DNA of 63,677 nucleotides, filler included, from Dugesia japonica (Eukaryota), in NCBI GenBank assembly GCA_001938525.1. It is 6 parts of 6 records of this genome, joined end to end, with 100 filler letters (N's around TTAATTAATTAA, not from the genome) between each part and the next. Parts side by side here need not be neighbours in the genome. Positions count along the whole stretch, not along the records: positions 1 to 12,060 come from MQRL01514014.1; positions 12,161 to 21,031 come from MQRL01379949.1; 4 more parts are not named here. The stretch is one strand, 5' to 3'. Made by a program: the position numbers and the translations under genes. This document shows positions 1 to 12,479 of the stretch, piece after piece (within the stretch, counting starts at the first letter, position 1; each line of letters begins with the position of its first letter). Below the pieces are notes generated by a model. The model did no database searches. It saw nothing but the letters and a program-made list of their open reading frames with translations, and was not told where the DNA came from.

Positions 1-75
1 GAACGGACTCAATTGGAAGCTAACGGTCTTGAGCGTTAACAATTTGAGACTGGATGTGAACAGTTGGAATAATAT
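1..75. repeat. Diverged repeat, possibly a gypsy LTR fragment, related to 5364-5440
   Basis: Shares GAACGGACT and ATTTGAGACYGGRTGTGAAC..TTGRAATAA with 5364-5440, which lies just upstream of a gypsy gag-pol remnant. Confidence 0.35.
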
Positions 76-739
76 TTCGACTGTACTAACCGGATTAGGT
101 AATGTAATGGTATGGAATGGAAATAAACTATTAGTAAAAACAATGTATGAGAATAATTAACTATTATTATATTATTTGCTATTTATTTAATAATTTAAAA
201 CATTTGTTNNNNNNNNNNNNNNNNNNNNNNNNNNNNNNNNNNNNNNNNNNNNNNNNNNTAATAATTTAAAACATTTGTTCTTTATTTACTTTTATTTATC
301 ATCTTATAACTATAAGTGTTAATACTCAATGAAAATGCGACTAGTGTTGAAATTTTAATTTAACCATTTTCAATGAAATTTCCTTACCAAATAGAATATT
401 ACTAGAAAATGTCTTAACAGATAGACCATAATAGACTGAAAAATGATCTCATTGAGTAAATTATACAAACTTAAATCATTGAAAACTGACTAAATATACT
501 TAAAAATAACCAATAATTACCACTAATTAACTATAGTCAACTGGCTGAATATACTAAAATAAGCAATAATTGTCGCTTATTAACTATAATCAACTTTGTT
601 GATGAAAATTTCAATTGAAATTAAAGTTTTCTCTAAAACATAAAATTTGTTATCATTTTATTATTTAAGGTCACCTAATTTTTAATATAACCGGGAGCGA
701 CTTAAATTTTTATCATATGAGACTAACCAATTTAAATAA

Positions 740-1740
740 AATAATTGATCAAATTACACTTAACAAGAAAATTATTACCCCAAGTCATCGAAAAATTACC
801 CTTGTGAATATATAATTGACCAAATCATCCAAGGTCTGAGCACTGTCCACTGAACTCTGAATACTGTCAACCAAAAGCTGAGCATTGTCAACTAAACTCT
901 GAGCACCATGAACCAAAATCTGTGTACTGTAAATCGAAATCTGACCACTGTGAGTAAATAATTGACTAAATCGCCCAGAAATTAACCAACTTAACTATTC
1001 CCGAGGAAATAATTGACCGATTTCTCCTAAAATTACCCAAACTGACCATTGCTAAGTAAATAACGGATTGAATTCACCCAAAATAACCCCTGTGAGCAAA
1101 TAATTAACTAAGTTTGTCCATACCAAGAAATTAATTGACCGACATTACCCAAAAAATGAATATAGTTGACCTATATTACCTAAACCAAGTAAATAATAGA
1201 CTACATATACCATATCAACCATTCTCGAGGAAATAATTGATCGAATTCACCCAAAAATTTCAACATTAACCAAAACGAGTAAATAATTCACCAAATTGCC
1301 TAAAATTGACCAAAATTAACCATCCCGAATAAAAATTTGACCGAATTCACCTGGACCAATGAAAAATCAACCTTATTCAACCTCATTGAGAAAGTTTTCG
1401 ATCAAATTCATCAGAACCAATCAAAATCCAACCAATTTTACCTGATCGAGTCAAAAATTGACCTCATTCAACTTCACCGAGGAAATTTTGGACCAATTTC
1501 ACCTAAATCACCCAAAAATCATCAATGCTGAGGAATAAATTTGACCAAAACGCCCAAAAATTACCCAAACCAACCAATCCTGAGGAAATAATTGACCAAA
1601 TTCACTTGGACCAATGAAAAATAGACCTTATTTGACCTCACCGAATAAATTTTGGACAAAAACCACTTAAAACTAATAAAAATTGACCTCATTCGACCCT
1701 ACCGAATAAATTCCCAACGAAAAAGCCTAAAAAATATTAC
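740..1740. repeat. Degenerate strand-biased tandem array with an embedded 21-bp minisatellite
   Basis: Recurrent AATAATTGACC(A/G)A, AAAATTACCC and GAGGAAAT motifs; six 21-bp units (CTGAGCACTGTC-like) start at 836, 857, 878, 899, 920, 941. Confidence 0.8.
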
Positions 1741-1983
1741 CGCTTAAAAAGCTTAAAAAATTTTCCCAACTAAATACACAGGAAAAAAGTAACCTCTCTT
1801 AATCCTATTCCGTAAAATTTCACCGATGAAATTAATCTCATGACATAATTTGTGTGCAAAATAATTTTCCTAACTAAATACATAGGAAAAAAGTAACCCA
1901 AAATTAAGTACTATTACCTAATGATGCAATTTATATATATTTTATATATTTATATATTTATATATTTATATATTTTTTAGATT

Positions 1984-2327
1984 ATGAACAATCAAAGCAT
2001 ATTGAGAACATTGTTGAGCGAAAAAACGGTAAACTATTGATTTTCATTATAACTAATTAATAGTTTTCAGGTTATCAACAATAAAAACGATAAACGAAAT
2101 GTGAATTCGACAAGTTTAATGATGGATAATATAAATTTGGTTTTATTATTTGATGGTTATTAATTTTATTTTAGAATTATAATAATTCAAATCAAGGTGT
2201 AAGAGGTATCAACAGAAAGAATTTAATTAAAGTAAATTTTTTATAAACATTTAATAGTTGTTAAAATTATTTATTTTAGAATTATGTTGCTTCTGTTGTT
2301 GCTGCTCCTATTTATGATAAAAATTAG
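1984..2327 (+). CDS. Small spliced ORF (~72 aa), unknown function
   Basis: Exons 1984-2028, 2071-2139, 2175-2231, 2280-2327 joined by GT-AG introns of 42, 35 and 48 nt, all phase 0, give a stop-free MNNQSILRTLLSEKT...VAAPIYDKN*. Confidence 0.45.
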
Positions 2328-2566
2328 TTTTTTATTTTACAATTTATTTTATGTTAATTTTTATATGAAAGTTTTTTAAATGTATTAAACTTTTTTTCCC
2401 CAGAATGTTATACAATGTACAAACATTATTATGCAAATCTGACTCATACAGCGACTTCAATAGTACTATGGAGAAATACTATGCACAAGCTTTTTATGAA
2501 TAAAATTATTACATAAGTCCATCATGTAGGTCTATAGGAATAGGTGAATATTTAGACTTTTAAAGG

Positions 2567-3520
2567 TTGCATGCAGACCACTTAGGGCAGTTTACAATAA
2601 ATAAGAAAAAATTATTAAGGATGATATTAGATAAAGAGATAGATGGTTCACCAATGAAAAAACAAAAAGAAGATGCTATCTCAGATGAAGAAATGAAGAT
2701 AATATCTCAGGTAATTGAAGATGATTGGACCGATTTTCAAATCATAGATGAAAACGATGAGGAAGATATTTTCATGCAAAGCTTTATGGATGAAGAAGAA
2801 ACACACGTTGGTGGCTTCCTCAATGAAGATGTGACAATAGAAAGTGACTTATATTAATGTCACCAGATATATAAAATAAATTTTTCAAGGTGGAATACGA
2901 GAGAAATCGTTTTATCGAAAACTCCTTGATTGATCAGTTATTCAAAGTTATTGAAGAATTAAAAAATGTCAAGATTCAATTTGGGATAAATCTTGAATTC
3001 GAAAAAGAAGACGAAACAAAAACTTGTATATTGTCTAATAGAGCTGTTGCTTTAAGTGATTCTTTTTTTGAAGATGGAATTAAAACAGTTAAATTAGAAG
3101 ATAGCTATGCGAAGCGAGCTCGGATCTAGTTGGATATTTAGTCACATATTGGAAATAAATTTTAAAATCACAAAAGTATCAGATATTAGCCAATTATCTG
3201 GATATGGCTACATTCCAACACCAAATTACTTGGAAAATAAAAACGCCGTTCTAAATATTCAGAATAATGACAATATGCGTTTCATATACAGTATCCTAGC
3301 AATTTTTAAAAATACATAGATGGAATAAAATCAGAATTAAGCGTCAAAATATAAAGAATACATGTCCGATTTTGTATTTGATGAAAGTTACATGCCAATG
3401 AAGCTTGCAAATATACGAACACTTGAAAAACAGAACCCAGGCTTATCAATCAATGTTTTCTCAAGGAATCCTCAATCAGTTGAGGACGAAAATAGTGTTA
3501 TCATGAAGCTTTCATCCAAA
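2567..3520 (+). pseudogene. Polinton/Maverick- or adintovirus-type protein-primed PolB, N-terminal fragment, frameshifted
   Basis: GSSWIFSHILEINFKITK..SGYGYIPTPNYLENKNAVLNIQNNDNMRFIYSILA then MPMKLANIRTLEKQNPGLSINVF match the recalled pPolB N-terminal consensus GSGW..GSYIPLP..NKKAIINIQNxDNxCFxWSILA..FEKxNPxISINV. Confidence 0.75.
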
Positions 3521-3524
3521 TAGG

Positions 3525-3556
3525 GATTCTCCACAACCCCTGGGTGGGGAAGCTAG
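3525..3556 (+). mobile_element. Possible Helitron 3' terminus
   Basis: GC-rich imperfect hairpin (TCCACAACCCCTGGGTGGGGA) followed by AGCTAG|T in AT-rich surroundings. Confidence 0.4.
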
Positions 3557-4269
3557 TAAATATTGGTTTCATGCTGACATAGCTTTTGTGGCGAACTGGA
3601 GCATATTTCAATACAAGTACTTCAGGTGATGTATAGATAGTTTTTAATTTTAGGAAGGTTGGCATAAATTAGAAGTCCATATTATTCAAAATGCCAGTGC
3701 TTTAAAATTTGAATTTTTAATAACTTTTGAAGGGTCTGCTAGACAATGAATTTAAGTAAAAAGCAATGTGCGCCTTTACTTTGCGCGACTACTGATATCA
3801 ACTTTGTTTTTAAAGGATGGAAAATTCGCATAGGAGAATGAGAAAACTATTTACAACATTTAAATATTGATTACATAATCCTTTTAATTAAAACGTAATC
3901 GGTTATTTAATCAAAAATAATTAAATTTTCAAACATCATTTTAACAGGGAAGGATAATTTATAATTTTTATTTTCACTTTTTTCGGCCGTTGCAAAGTTT
4001 AAGTTTTTAATTGAATTTCTTATTTCATATTTCAAATTGTCAATTTGTATGTGGGAATAGTTTTTCTAAGATTTTTAGTTTTTGGAAGTTGCTAAATTTG
4101 TCTTTTTAAGTTTAATTTTAATTTTATTTTAAACTTCTGTAGTCAATTTTATATATTGACCATATTTTAATCTATAATAAATTTTCTTTATTATACTTGC
4201 ATGTATGTATGTATATAAATGCATTTTGTAAAAAAACACTTTTATAAAAAAAACAATAACTGTACAATA

Positions 4270-4870
4270 TGGTTAACAATATGGCAATATGGTTACAATA
4301 TGGCCTATTTAAACAATATGAAGAATCAATAAAGAAACCGATTATGGATAAATTGATACTGAGATTTGGTGCCCTAAAAGAGAAACATGTGGATTGTGTG
4401 GAGATCTTTGAATAAAAAGCAAGAGATGACATATTCAATGAATATAAAAATTTGCTTTTCAAGTCCATATCATCATAATAGTAGAACGTCAATTGAGAAC
4501 GACTAGAGTTTATGTCAATGCAGCATTAAAAGATAAAATGAATACAAATTTGTCAGAATTAATACCAGAAATCGAATAAACTCTAAATGCAAAAGGCTAG
4601 AAGACTTTGGACATAAGTCCAGCAAAAGTGATATTCAATAAGAAGATACATAGAGAACGATGGTTCAATAATAGAGAAAAGAAGAAAGAATCTGAAGAGT
4701 TAACACCAATACAGTGACATTTTTAAGTTCGAGACAAGATACTAATCAAGGTAGAAAACAAATCAAAAGACAAATTTATATACATTTCCATATGAAGTGA
4801 TAAAAAAGATTCATTAAAGACGATACGTGCTGAAAAGTTCAGAAGGCAAGATGATCGAAAAAAATGGGTA
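4270..4870 (+). mobile_element. Ty3/gypsy integrase core remnant
   Basis: Broken frames read LILRFGALKEKHVDC, FSSPYHHN..VERQLRT, LNA..KTLDISPAKVIFNKKIHRERW. Confidence 0.7.
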
Positions 4871-4896
4871 AAAATTTAAAAAAAATTTAAAGTCGA

Positions 4897-5285
4897 TTCA
4901 TAGATTTCAAATGCCTGAGAGAAAAATATTACATAAATATTATTTTAAAATTTATTTCTGAAACTTTCAAATATTATTGAAAAAGTGAAAATAACTTTTC
5001 AAAATTATAAAAAATCATGTTATGGATTTAAAATATTTTAAAGTCAAAAATACATATTTTATATTATGTAAAATTATAAAAGTAAAAAAATTGTTTAATG
5101 AAAATATGATATATAAAATATTTTAAAAAGGAAAATCGATATTTTTAAAAAATATATTTGATAAAAATTTCTCAGATTATTTGTTTGAATACTGTGAATT
5201 GTTCTTCGGTGGTTTTCATTTTAATAAAAAAACTTGTAGTAATCAATAAAACATTTTGAAGAGTTATGAGATTTGGAATTTAACT
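4897..5285. repeat. Non-coding interspersed repeat, second copy at 34745-35145
   Basis: Collinear shared blocks including AATCGATATTTTTAAAA and TTATTTGTTTGAATACT. Confidence 0.6.
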
Positions 5286-5749
5286 AATAATTACTAATAA
5301 TATTAATATTATTTTTATTACTATTATTAAACTAATCTTAAGCTAATCGATAAATTCAATTATGAACGGACTACGGTCAAATACTAGCCATCACTACATT
5401 TGCGATTTGAGACCGGGTGTGAACGATTGAAATAAATGCACTTTAATTTTACATGTTAGAGTAAATAATACTAAGAATGATAAAAACTGTTATTTAAAAA
5501 ATGTAGGATAATAATTTTAAATGATATTTGAGAGATAAGATTGATTAAATTAATTATAATTAATTATTTTATGTTATAAAATTGTATGTTTGTTTGTATG
5601 TCAGAAAAAGAACGATATTTAGGACGTTTTGATGATGTAATTACCAACATTATCATATAGGTGTTTACCATATCTGATCCTACCATTTAAACACATATGA
5701 TTGTTGTTCACATGTTGATATCACTTTTTATTATATTTTTATTATTACA

Positions 5750-8700
5750 TACCATGGTTACTACGCCCAATTGGCAAAAAATTAATAAACCTCAGAGCAC
5801 ATTTCAAGTATGAGGAGATGTTGATATATTTTTGAAGGAAACGAGAAGATTGTTGGAATTATCTAAAATTACAGAGGAAATGAAAAATTGTTCATTTTAG
5901 CGTTTTTGTATTCAGAAGCAGTTCAAAATTTATGAAAACACCATTTGAGATAATTATAAAGAAAATATTGAAAAAGCTTTATAACCGAAGACAAGTTTAG
6001 TAAGGAATTTGAAATTTTTACTTCATTACAAAAGAGAAGAAGAATCATTAGAAAGAAAGGAAGAGGGTAAAAGAAAGGAAGAGGGTTAAAGAAAAGAAGA
6101 GGGTAAAAGAAAGAAAAAGGGTAAAAGAAAGGGAGAGGGTAAATGATGATAAATGATGCTAATGATAATTATCTTTGACAAGATCAAAAACTTAACTGAT
6201 GACATTTTACATCACAAACTAACTAAGTAAGCATTGATGATTTTTATTATGAACTAATCGTTGAAAAGTATTAATACGTAATGAGAACTAAAAATTCAAG
6301 ATGTTAATAATTTGGATAAAGCCAAAGATGTTTTATCAAAAATGGATGATATAAAAAAGAGATGGAAAATGATCAAGCTGTAGCATCAATTCTCAGAAAA
6401 TCAAATGCAGGAAGTATTAAGAAAATAATGGATTCAGATAATACAATTTTCAATTAAAATCCAATCTACAAAATAATAATATTAATTAATTTAATTTGAA
6501 TAGAGATAACAAACAGATCCTGGAAATTTCGACAAAATGAATATATGAAAAATAGAAGATTTAGTTATTTTAATTCTAAATTTGATTATAAATTCAGAGT
6601 TTCCAACAGAATATACTAGTTTTGTAGGAATTAAGAACATATTTAGTAATTTTGTCCAAAACTGAAATGTAATTTATGCAACAGACGAGAACATTTTTGA
6701 AGTTACTGCTGGTTTCAAGATAAAAGATATTTGAATGATGAAAGAAATTCTTGAAATAAACATGAAAGATCGAGATTTTAATGCGAGACCTCCCATCTTG
6801 AGGGAGACCATCGAAGCTATAAATATGAGTTAGTTATTTGTTCAATTGATAATGTTGGTAATATGAATGGATATAGTGTGTTTATTTAATAAATGTAAAC
6901 GGACAATTAATGTAAATTGTGACCATTAAATTGGAAAGAAGCAATAGTATATCTTGATGACATTCTTATTTTCGCTAAAACTAAAAGATTAAAAAGAGTT
7001 TATAAACGAATTTTAGATCCCAATTTAAAGTTAAATCCTAATAAATGTGAATATTTAAAAAATGATAATTATCAATAAAACGGATTGTGTACAGATAAGA
7101 ATAAAATTCAAGAAGAAATGGATTTTCAACCACTAAAAAGCATAAATTAATTATAAGGCTATTTAGAAATAACGAATTATTATAGAAAAGAGGTTAAAAA
7201 TTATGTACAACATTCCAGAGTACTTAAACAACTATGCGGGTCTAAAAAAGTGAATTGATTTGGACTGAAAAATGCCAAAATAGTTTTGATAATTAATAAA
7301 AACAATTAACAAAAATTCCAATCTTGGGTTTTGTAGACTTTACTAAGGTTTTCATTTTAGATAATGATGCAAGTTTTGACCAAATAGGTGCAGTTTTATT
7401 ATAACGCAATCATTATTGATTTGGGCGTGTAATTGATTATGGATTTAAGTTGATTATCAAACACGAGTTAGATTATTGCATAACTAAGGAAGAATTCATT
7501 ACAATAAAAAACATTGTTATTTATTTATTATTTATTTCAGCATTTCAAGCACTATTTATATGAAAAGGAATTTTTAATTAGAACGGATCATAAAGACATT
7601 ATAATATACCTATACGATTACTATATCAATGTTCTAAACCAAGAATGGTTGATATATTAATAAATAATTATATTCTTGTAGAACCCTATAACATTATTCA
7701 TATGCAAGGTGTCATAAATATGATGAAATGAACAAAAATATAGAACATTTAGTTTGAACCAGAGTTATTCCATGTCGTATGACATGTTAGTATGGTATTT
7801 TATACTTAGATTTGTTCACAACAGGATAATTAGTAATACTTGGACTAAAAATGTAAATTTTCATTGATATGTGGATAACATTATTTCAAATTTATTTAAT
7901 TTTATTTAAAACATTTAGGAAATTAAGAACACAGATGCAATACAAGTACAAACCAACTTCACTTAAATAAAAAAATATTTTAACGTCACAGTCTTAAGCA
8001 TGGCTGAACGTTTTGAGACGTTTTTGACATGATAATCGAAAATCGAAAAGAGAAATTCCAAAAATATGTCTAGGAAAGAATTTAAATCATGCAATGAATG
8101 TTAAATGAAACATGAAGATCCTAAAAAAGGAAAAATTAAAACAAAGAATTTGTCAATAGAATCCTGAAAAAACTAATTAAAATGGCAAAAGAACTCTGAG
8201 GAAATTAAAAATATTAAAAGAGACATATTTTCTTAAAATGTTGACTTTATTTTAGTCGATAATATTTTCAGGGCAAAAGAAGACAATATCTGGATTCTAT
8301 TTGATAGAAAAGTTGGATTTATCAAAAAAATTCAACATAGTTTATATAATTCAAGAATTAAGAAAGTATTTAATTTTATTCGAGAAAATTTTAGAAAAAC
8401 AAATACTGTGAAAATAGTACTGTGAAAAAGCTCTTGCAGGAAAATCGAAAAACGATAATAAAACATTATGTGATTAAGATATCTTTAGGAATGTCTTTAT
8501 TAATTTATTTGAATCACTGAAAAGAACATTATCAGTAAAAGTTTATATCGCGCCATTATTTATCAATTTAGTAAAAATATTTCGGTAAATGCTGTAAAAC
8601 ATCAGGATGAAAAAAGAGCATCACAAGTAAATGTTGAAATATGTTGAAATACTGTTGAAAATTTGGGTCTGCAAAAACTTAAAATTGTGATCGAAGTAAG

Positions 8701-8760
8701 GTGTTTAAGTCTAATGTAAAAATTGAACTAGCAAAGAAATATGGAAAAGAAATGCAAATC
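5750..8760 (+). mobile_element. Decayed Ty3/gypsy gag-pol
   Basis: RT YLDDILIF at ~6950 and LKLNPNKCEY; RNase H FILDNDASFDQIGAVL at ~7350 and FKHYLY.KEFLIRTDHK; integrase-like remnants 8100-8760; many stops and frameshifts. Confidence 0.85.
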
Positions 8761-8968
8761 TAATCGATATCAGTAAGTAGATATGAACTCATCAAACCAG
8801 GGCTCCTCGAGGGAGTACCCCCAAAACGCCTGACAAAAATTTTTAAAGATGCGATGAGTCTTCGGGGTGTTGCATCAAAAATATATTTTAATTCATTTTT
8901 TTCAAATTTTTTTTCCTCAAGGTCAAGGGTAGTATCTCCCTCCGCATTCATGGACACACAATACTTCA

Positions 8969-9518
8969 CAATGTTTTTGTTTATTTGAACACAATTTTGT
9001 TTTTTGAGAAAATTATTGTATTTTTTACAAATTATTTATATTTATATATTTATTATATTTATACATATATAAATTATTTAGTTATTTATTATTTTTTATA
9101 AAGTTTTTAAAAAAGCTTTGATACAAATCTTTATGTTTTTTTTATTATTTTTGATAACAATTCTATATTTCGACTTTGTCTTCTTTAGTTCTTTACTTTT
9201 TAACCATGTCACTCTAAATATTATTCAGTGACATTCAGTCTTTATTTAAACTGCTCACCAATTGCATTTCTTTATTCTTTCTGCATTTCAATTGGATTAT
9301 AACAAATGATTTAAAATTTCTAATTATAGAAATTATTAATGTATTAAAAATAAAGAAATCAAATATTAAAAAAATATCTAATTCAGAAAAATTATTACAT
9401 TAAATGTTTTTGTTTATTTGAACACAATTTTGTTTTTTGAGAAAATTATTGTATTTTTTACAAATTATTTATATTTATATATTTATTATATTTATACATA
9501 TATAAATTATTTAGTTAT
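8969..9518. repeat. Direct duplication of ~115 bp (8969-9085 and 9402-9518), possibly part of a Penelope pseudo-LTR
   Basis: Near-identical AATGTTTTTGTTTATTTGAACACAA...TTAGTTATT blocks with a degenerate hammerhead between them. Confidence 0.7.
9158..9195 (-). ncRNA. Degenerate minimal hammerhead ribozyme (probably inactive)
   Basis: Minus strand CTAAAGA-A-GAC-AAA-GTC-GAA-ATAT-A-GAATTG; homologous with its downstream flank to 58794-58870, but core G>A and stem I 5' arm lost. Confidence 0.5.
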
Positions 9519-11260
9519 TAAAACAGTATTTAGATTTTAATTAGTTTTGTATATTTATATGGGCGGTAGACTTATTTATAGATGAAAATTTAGCAAAGGC
9601 GGTCGTTGGAATACAAAAGATTTAATGCCACTGGTATATTATGTAATACAAACTAAAACGAATTGTTTTCAAAAAAACGTTTTCATTTTTTCATAAATTT
9701 TCGATTTTATCTTCTTTAGGAGTTGTGATTGATTTATTCAATTTTAAGGTTAATATCAATATCTTTAAAATAAAATAATTTTATCCAAATTTTGATTGGA
9801 TAATATTATTAAAAATAATATTAATATCTGGTTTAAATGTTTTGATTAAATTTCTTCCTTTGTTTTTCTGTGGAGTGTTGATATATAGTAGGAATCTATT
9901 AATTTCTATTATATAATATTGTAGTTAGAATGAATATTATGATCGTGTATGAAATGGTTAAATACTCCACAATCATTATGTTTGATGTATTATTCTTTGG
10001 TTTTTTAGTTGAATTCTTAAGGGTGTTTGTGTTTTAATATAATTCAAGATGAAAATGCATTCTTTGAATTGTAAATAATATTCTGCATCAATTGACAAAT
10101 TTAAGTGCTCCTCTTATTCCAATTTCTAAAAATGTGGTCATGTCATTGGTCATTAATAATTATATGGGTTCAATTTACACATGCTATAACATAAAATATT
10201 AGTAGGAAAGCTTTTCAATTGGATGGTTGGAAAGAAATCTGCAAATATGAATAAGACATTCATGATGTAAATCAACATGAATTTTAATAAACACTTGCAT
10301 CCAGGAAAATTACTTTACTAAAGTATTTTCATAATTGTGGTATTTTTGTTTATCCAGTATTTATAAGCTGATAAAATGATAAGCTGATAAATTCCTAAAT
10401 ATTCCAAAAAAAATATTTGATGATATGGTGGAGATTGTGAAAAACATCTGGTAGCCGAACATTTATTTACAAATGAAATGACAATTATTATTCGCCCGTG
10501 AAGTTGTCATGAAGGCAAACAAGTTTATCGTTTGACATATTTTAATGTTAGAAAAAACAATTTCCTGGGTTTGTGTTATTTCAATTTTCTATTGTCTATT
10601 TATTCATGTAGTAATGTTACACAGTGTTTTTTTTAAATATTTTTAACTGCCTTTAATAATTTAAAACTGCAGTTATTTATTAAATATAAATACGTAATGT
10701 AAAATTTTTTATACAAATTTATAAATTGAAATTTACTGCAATGTAAATGTAAAATTTTGGGAAATTATTTATAAAATTTTTATTGATTTTTTAAAAAATA
10801 ATTTTAAATTTTTTATAAATTAAATAATTAATAAAGTATACTTTTTTTAATGACTTGCTTAAATAAATTATATAAGGCAATTTGGGCTGAAACGTTCTGA
10901 AAGCAAGAAGAATTTTAAAGAAGAATTATTTGTGTATTAATAAAGTGTTGAATTGAAGTTCTTATTTTAATTGAATTAAATGAAGCAAACTAATAAATCA
11001 AACAATCAGTGTAGATTAATACCAAGAAAATTGGTAGATATTTCTGATTGAAAATGTTAACATTTTAGAAAAAACAATATTATTTTGGATTTTGCTGCAT
11101 GCCCTTTTCATTGAATGTAAATTCAAATGTTTTTTTTTGCTACTCGGTATTTTTTACGTTATTTGACTCCATCTTGTTTGAGAATGGCACTAATACTGTA
11201 GATGGAACACATATTGTCAGTAATCTAAACCTTTATTGTAGATTTTATTTTTGAGGTTTG

Positions 11261-11380
11261 TAGCCGCCATTTTGATTTTTTAAAACTAAACATAGCCGCC
11301 ATTTTGATTTTTTTAAACTAAACATAGCCGGCATTTTGATTTTTTAAAAGTAAACATAGCCACTATTTTGATTTTTTAAT
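11261..11380. repeat. 32-bp tandem repeat, 4 copies
   Basis: TAGCCGCCATTTTGATTTTTTAAAACTAAACA-like units at 11261, 11293, 11325, 11357. Confidence 0.9.
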
Positions 11381-12060
11381 AAATGCAATAGGTATGCAAC
11401 TCAGATGCAACACACATACACCGAAAATTTTAGACTGTCAATCTAATGTAAAATATAGAGACTCCCGTTGTCCCTTGCAAAATAAATTTATTTAATTAAA
11501 TTAAATTTAATTAAATTTAATTTTATTAAAAAGATTTCCTCTCCATTGAAATGAAAAACTTTAAATTTCCTTTCAAAAAATATTAAATTATTCGCCAAAA
11601 AGATTTTTTTTTGAATTTCCAGNNNNNNNNNNNNNNNNNNNNNNNNNNNNNNNNNNNNNNNNNNNNNNNNNNNNNNNNNNNNNNNNNNNNNNNNNNNNNN
11701 NNNNNNNNNNNNNNNNNNNNNNNNNNNNNNNNNNNNNNNNNNNNNNNNNNNNNNNNNNNNNNNNNNNNNNNNNNNNNNNNNNNNNNNNNNNNNNNNNNNN
11801 NNNNNNNNNNNNNNNNNNNNNNNNNNNNNNNNNNNNNNNNNNNNCGTCAGACAAATTTCAAATAAATATCCAAAATTCCGATAATTAATTGTCTTTCCAC
11901 ACATACCACTTTCCCCCGGCCAAAAATTTCTTTAAAACTTTTAAACTAATTACAAATATCAACCAATGAAATTAAAGGTCTTAACTTAAAAAATCAAAGC
12001 ACATTCGACATACAAAATCTTTTCCATTACATTACCTCTCCAACAAACTATCAACCAACA

Positions 12061-12160
12061 NNNNNNNNNNNNNNNNNNNNNNNNNNNNNNNNNNNNNNNN
12101 NNNNTTAATTAATTAANNNNNNNNNNNNNNNNNNNNNNNNNNNNNNNNNNNNNNNNNNNN
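12061..12160. other. Artificial contig-joining spacer (also 21032-21131, 34300-34399, 43381-43480, 54639-54738)
   Basis: Identical N44-TTAATTAATTAA-N44 five times; the 12-mer gives stop codons in all six frames. Confidence 0.95.
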
Positions 12161-12479
12161 CTTCTTAGTTCTGCCGGCATGATCTAAATAAAGTTAATGC
12201 GTGAAGCGCACTCGATTTGATATCATTGTAAAATTCTTTATTCAAATTGCTATAACGAATATTAGAAGAAGATAGTAGCTTCCCTTTTGGAGATAAAGGC
12301 ACACTCGCGGGTTATTATCGAATTGTGTTTATTCTAAAAATTAGTGATAAAATTGTCCACCATTAGTTTAAAAGAAAAACTAAAGGATTTAACTACCCGA
12401 CCCNNNNNNNNNNNNNNNNNNNNNNNNNNNNNNNNNNTAGCTGTTATTTTAGAGGCAATCGGGTTAAGGAATATTAACC

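Noticed and set aside
189-279. Identical 21-mer on both sides of an N gap
   Set aside because: Probable scaffolding overlap artefact
740-1740. CRISPR-like or telomeric array; ORF 1337-1531
   Set aside because: Units are degenerate with no unique spacers, no cas genes and no fixed telomeric unit; the ORF is repeat-derived
9650-10600. Possible retroelement coding remnant on the minus strand
   Set aside because: No diagnostic motif could be read
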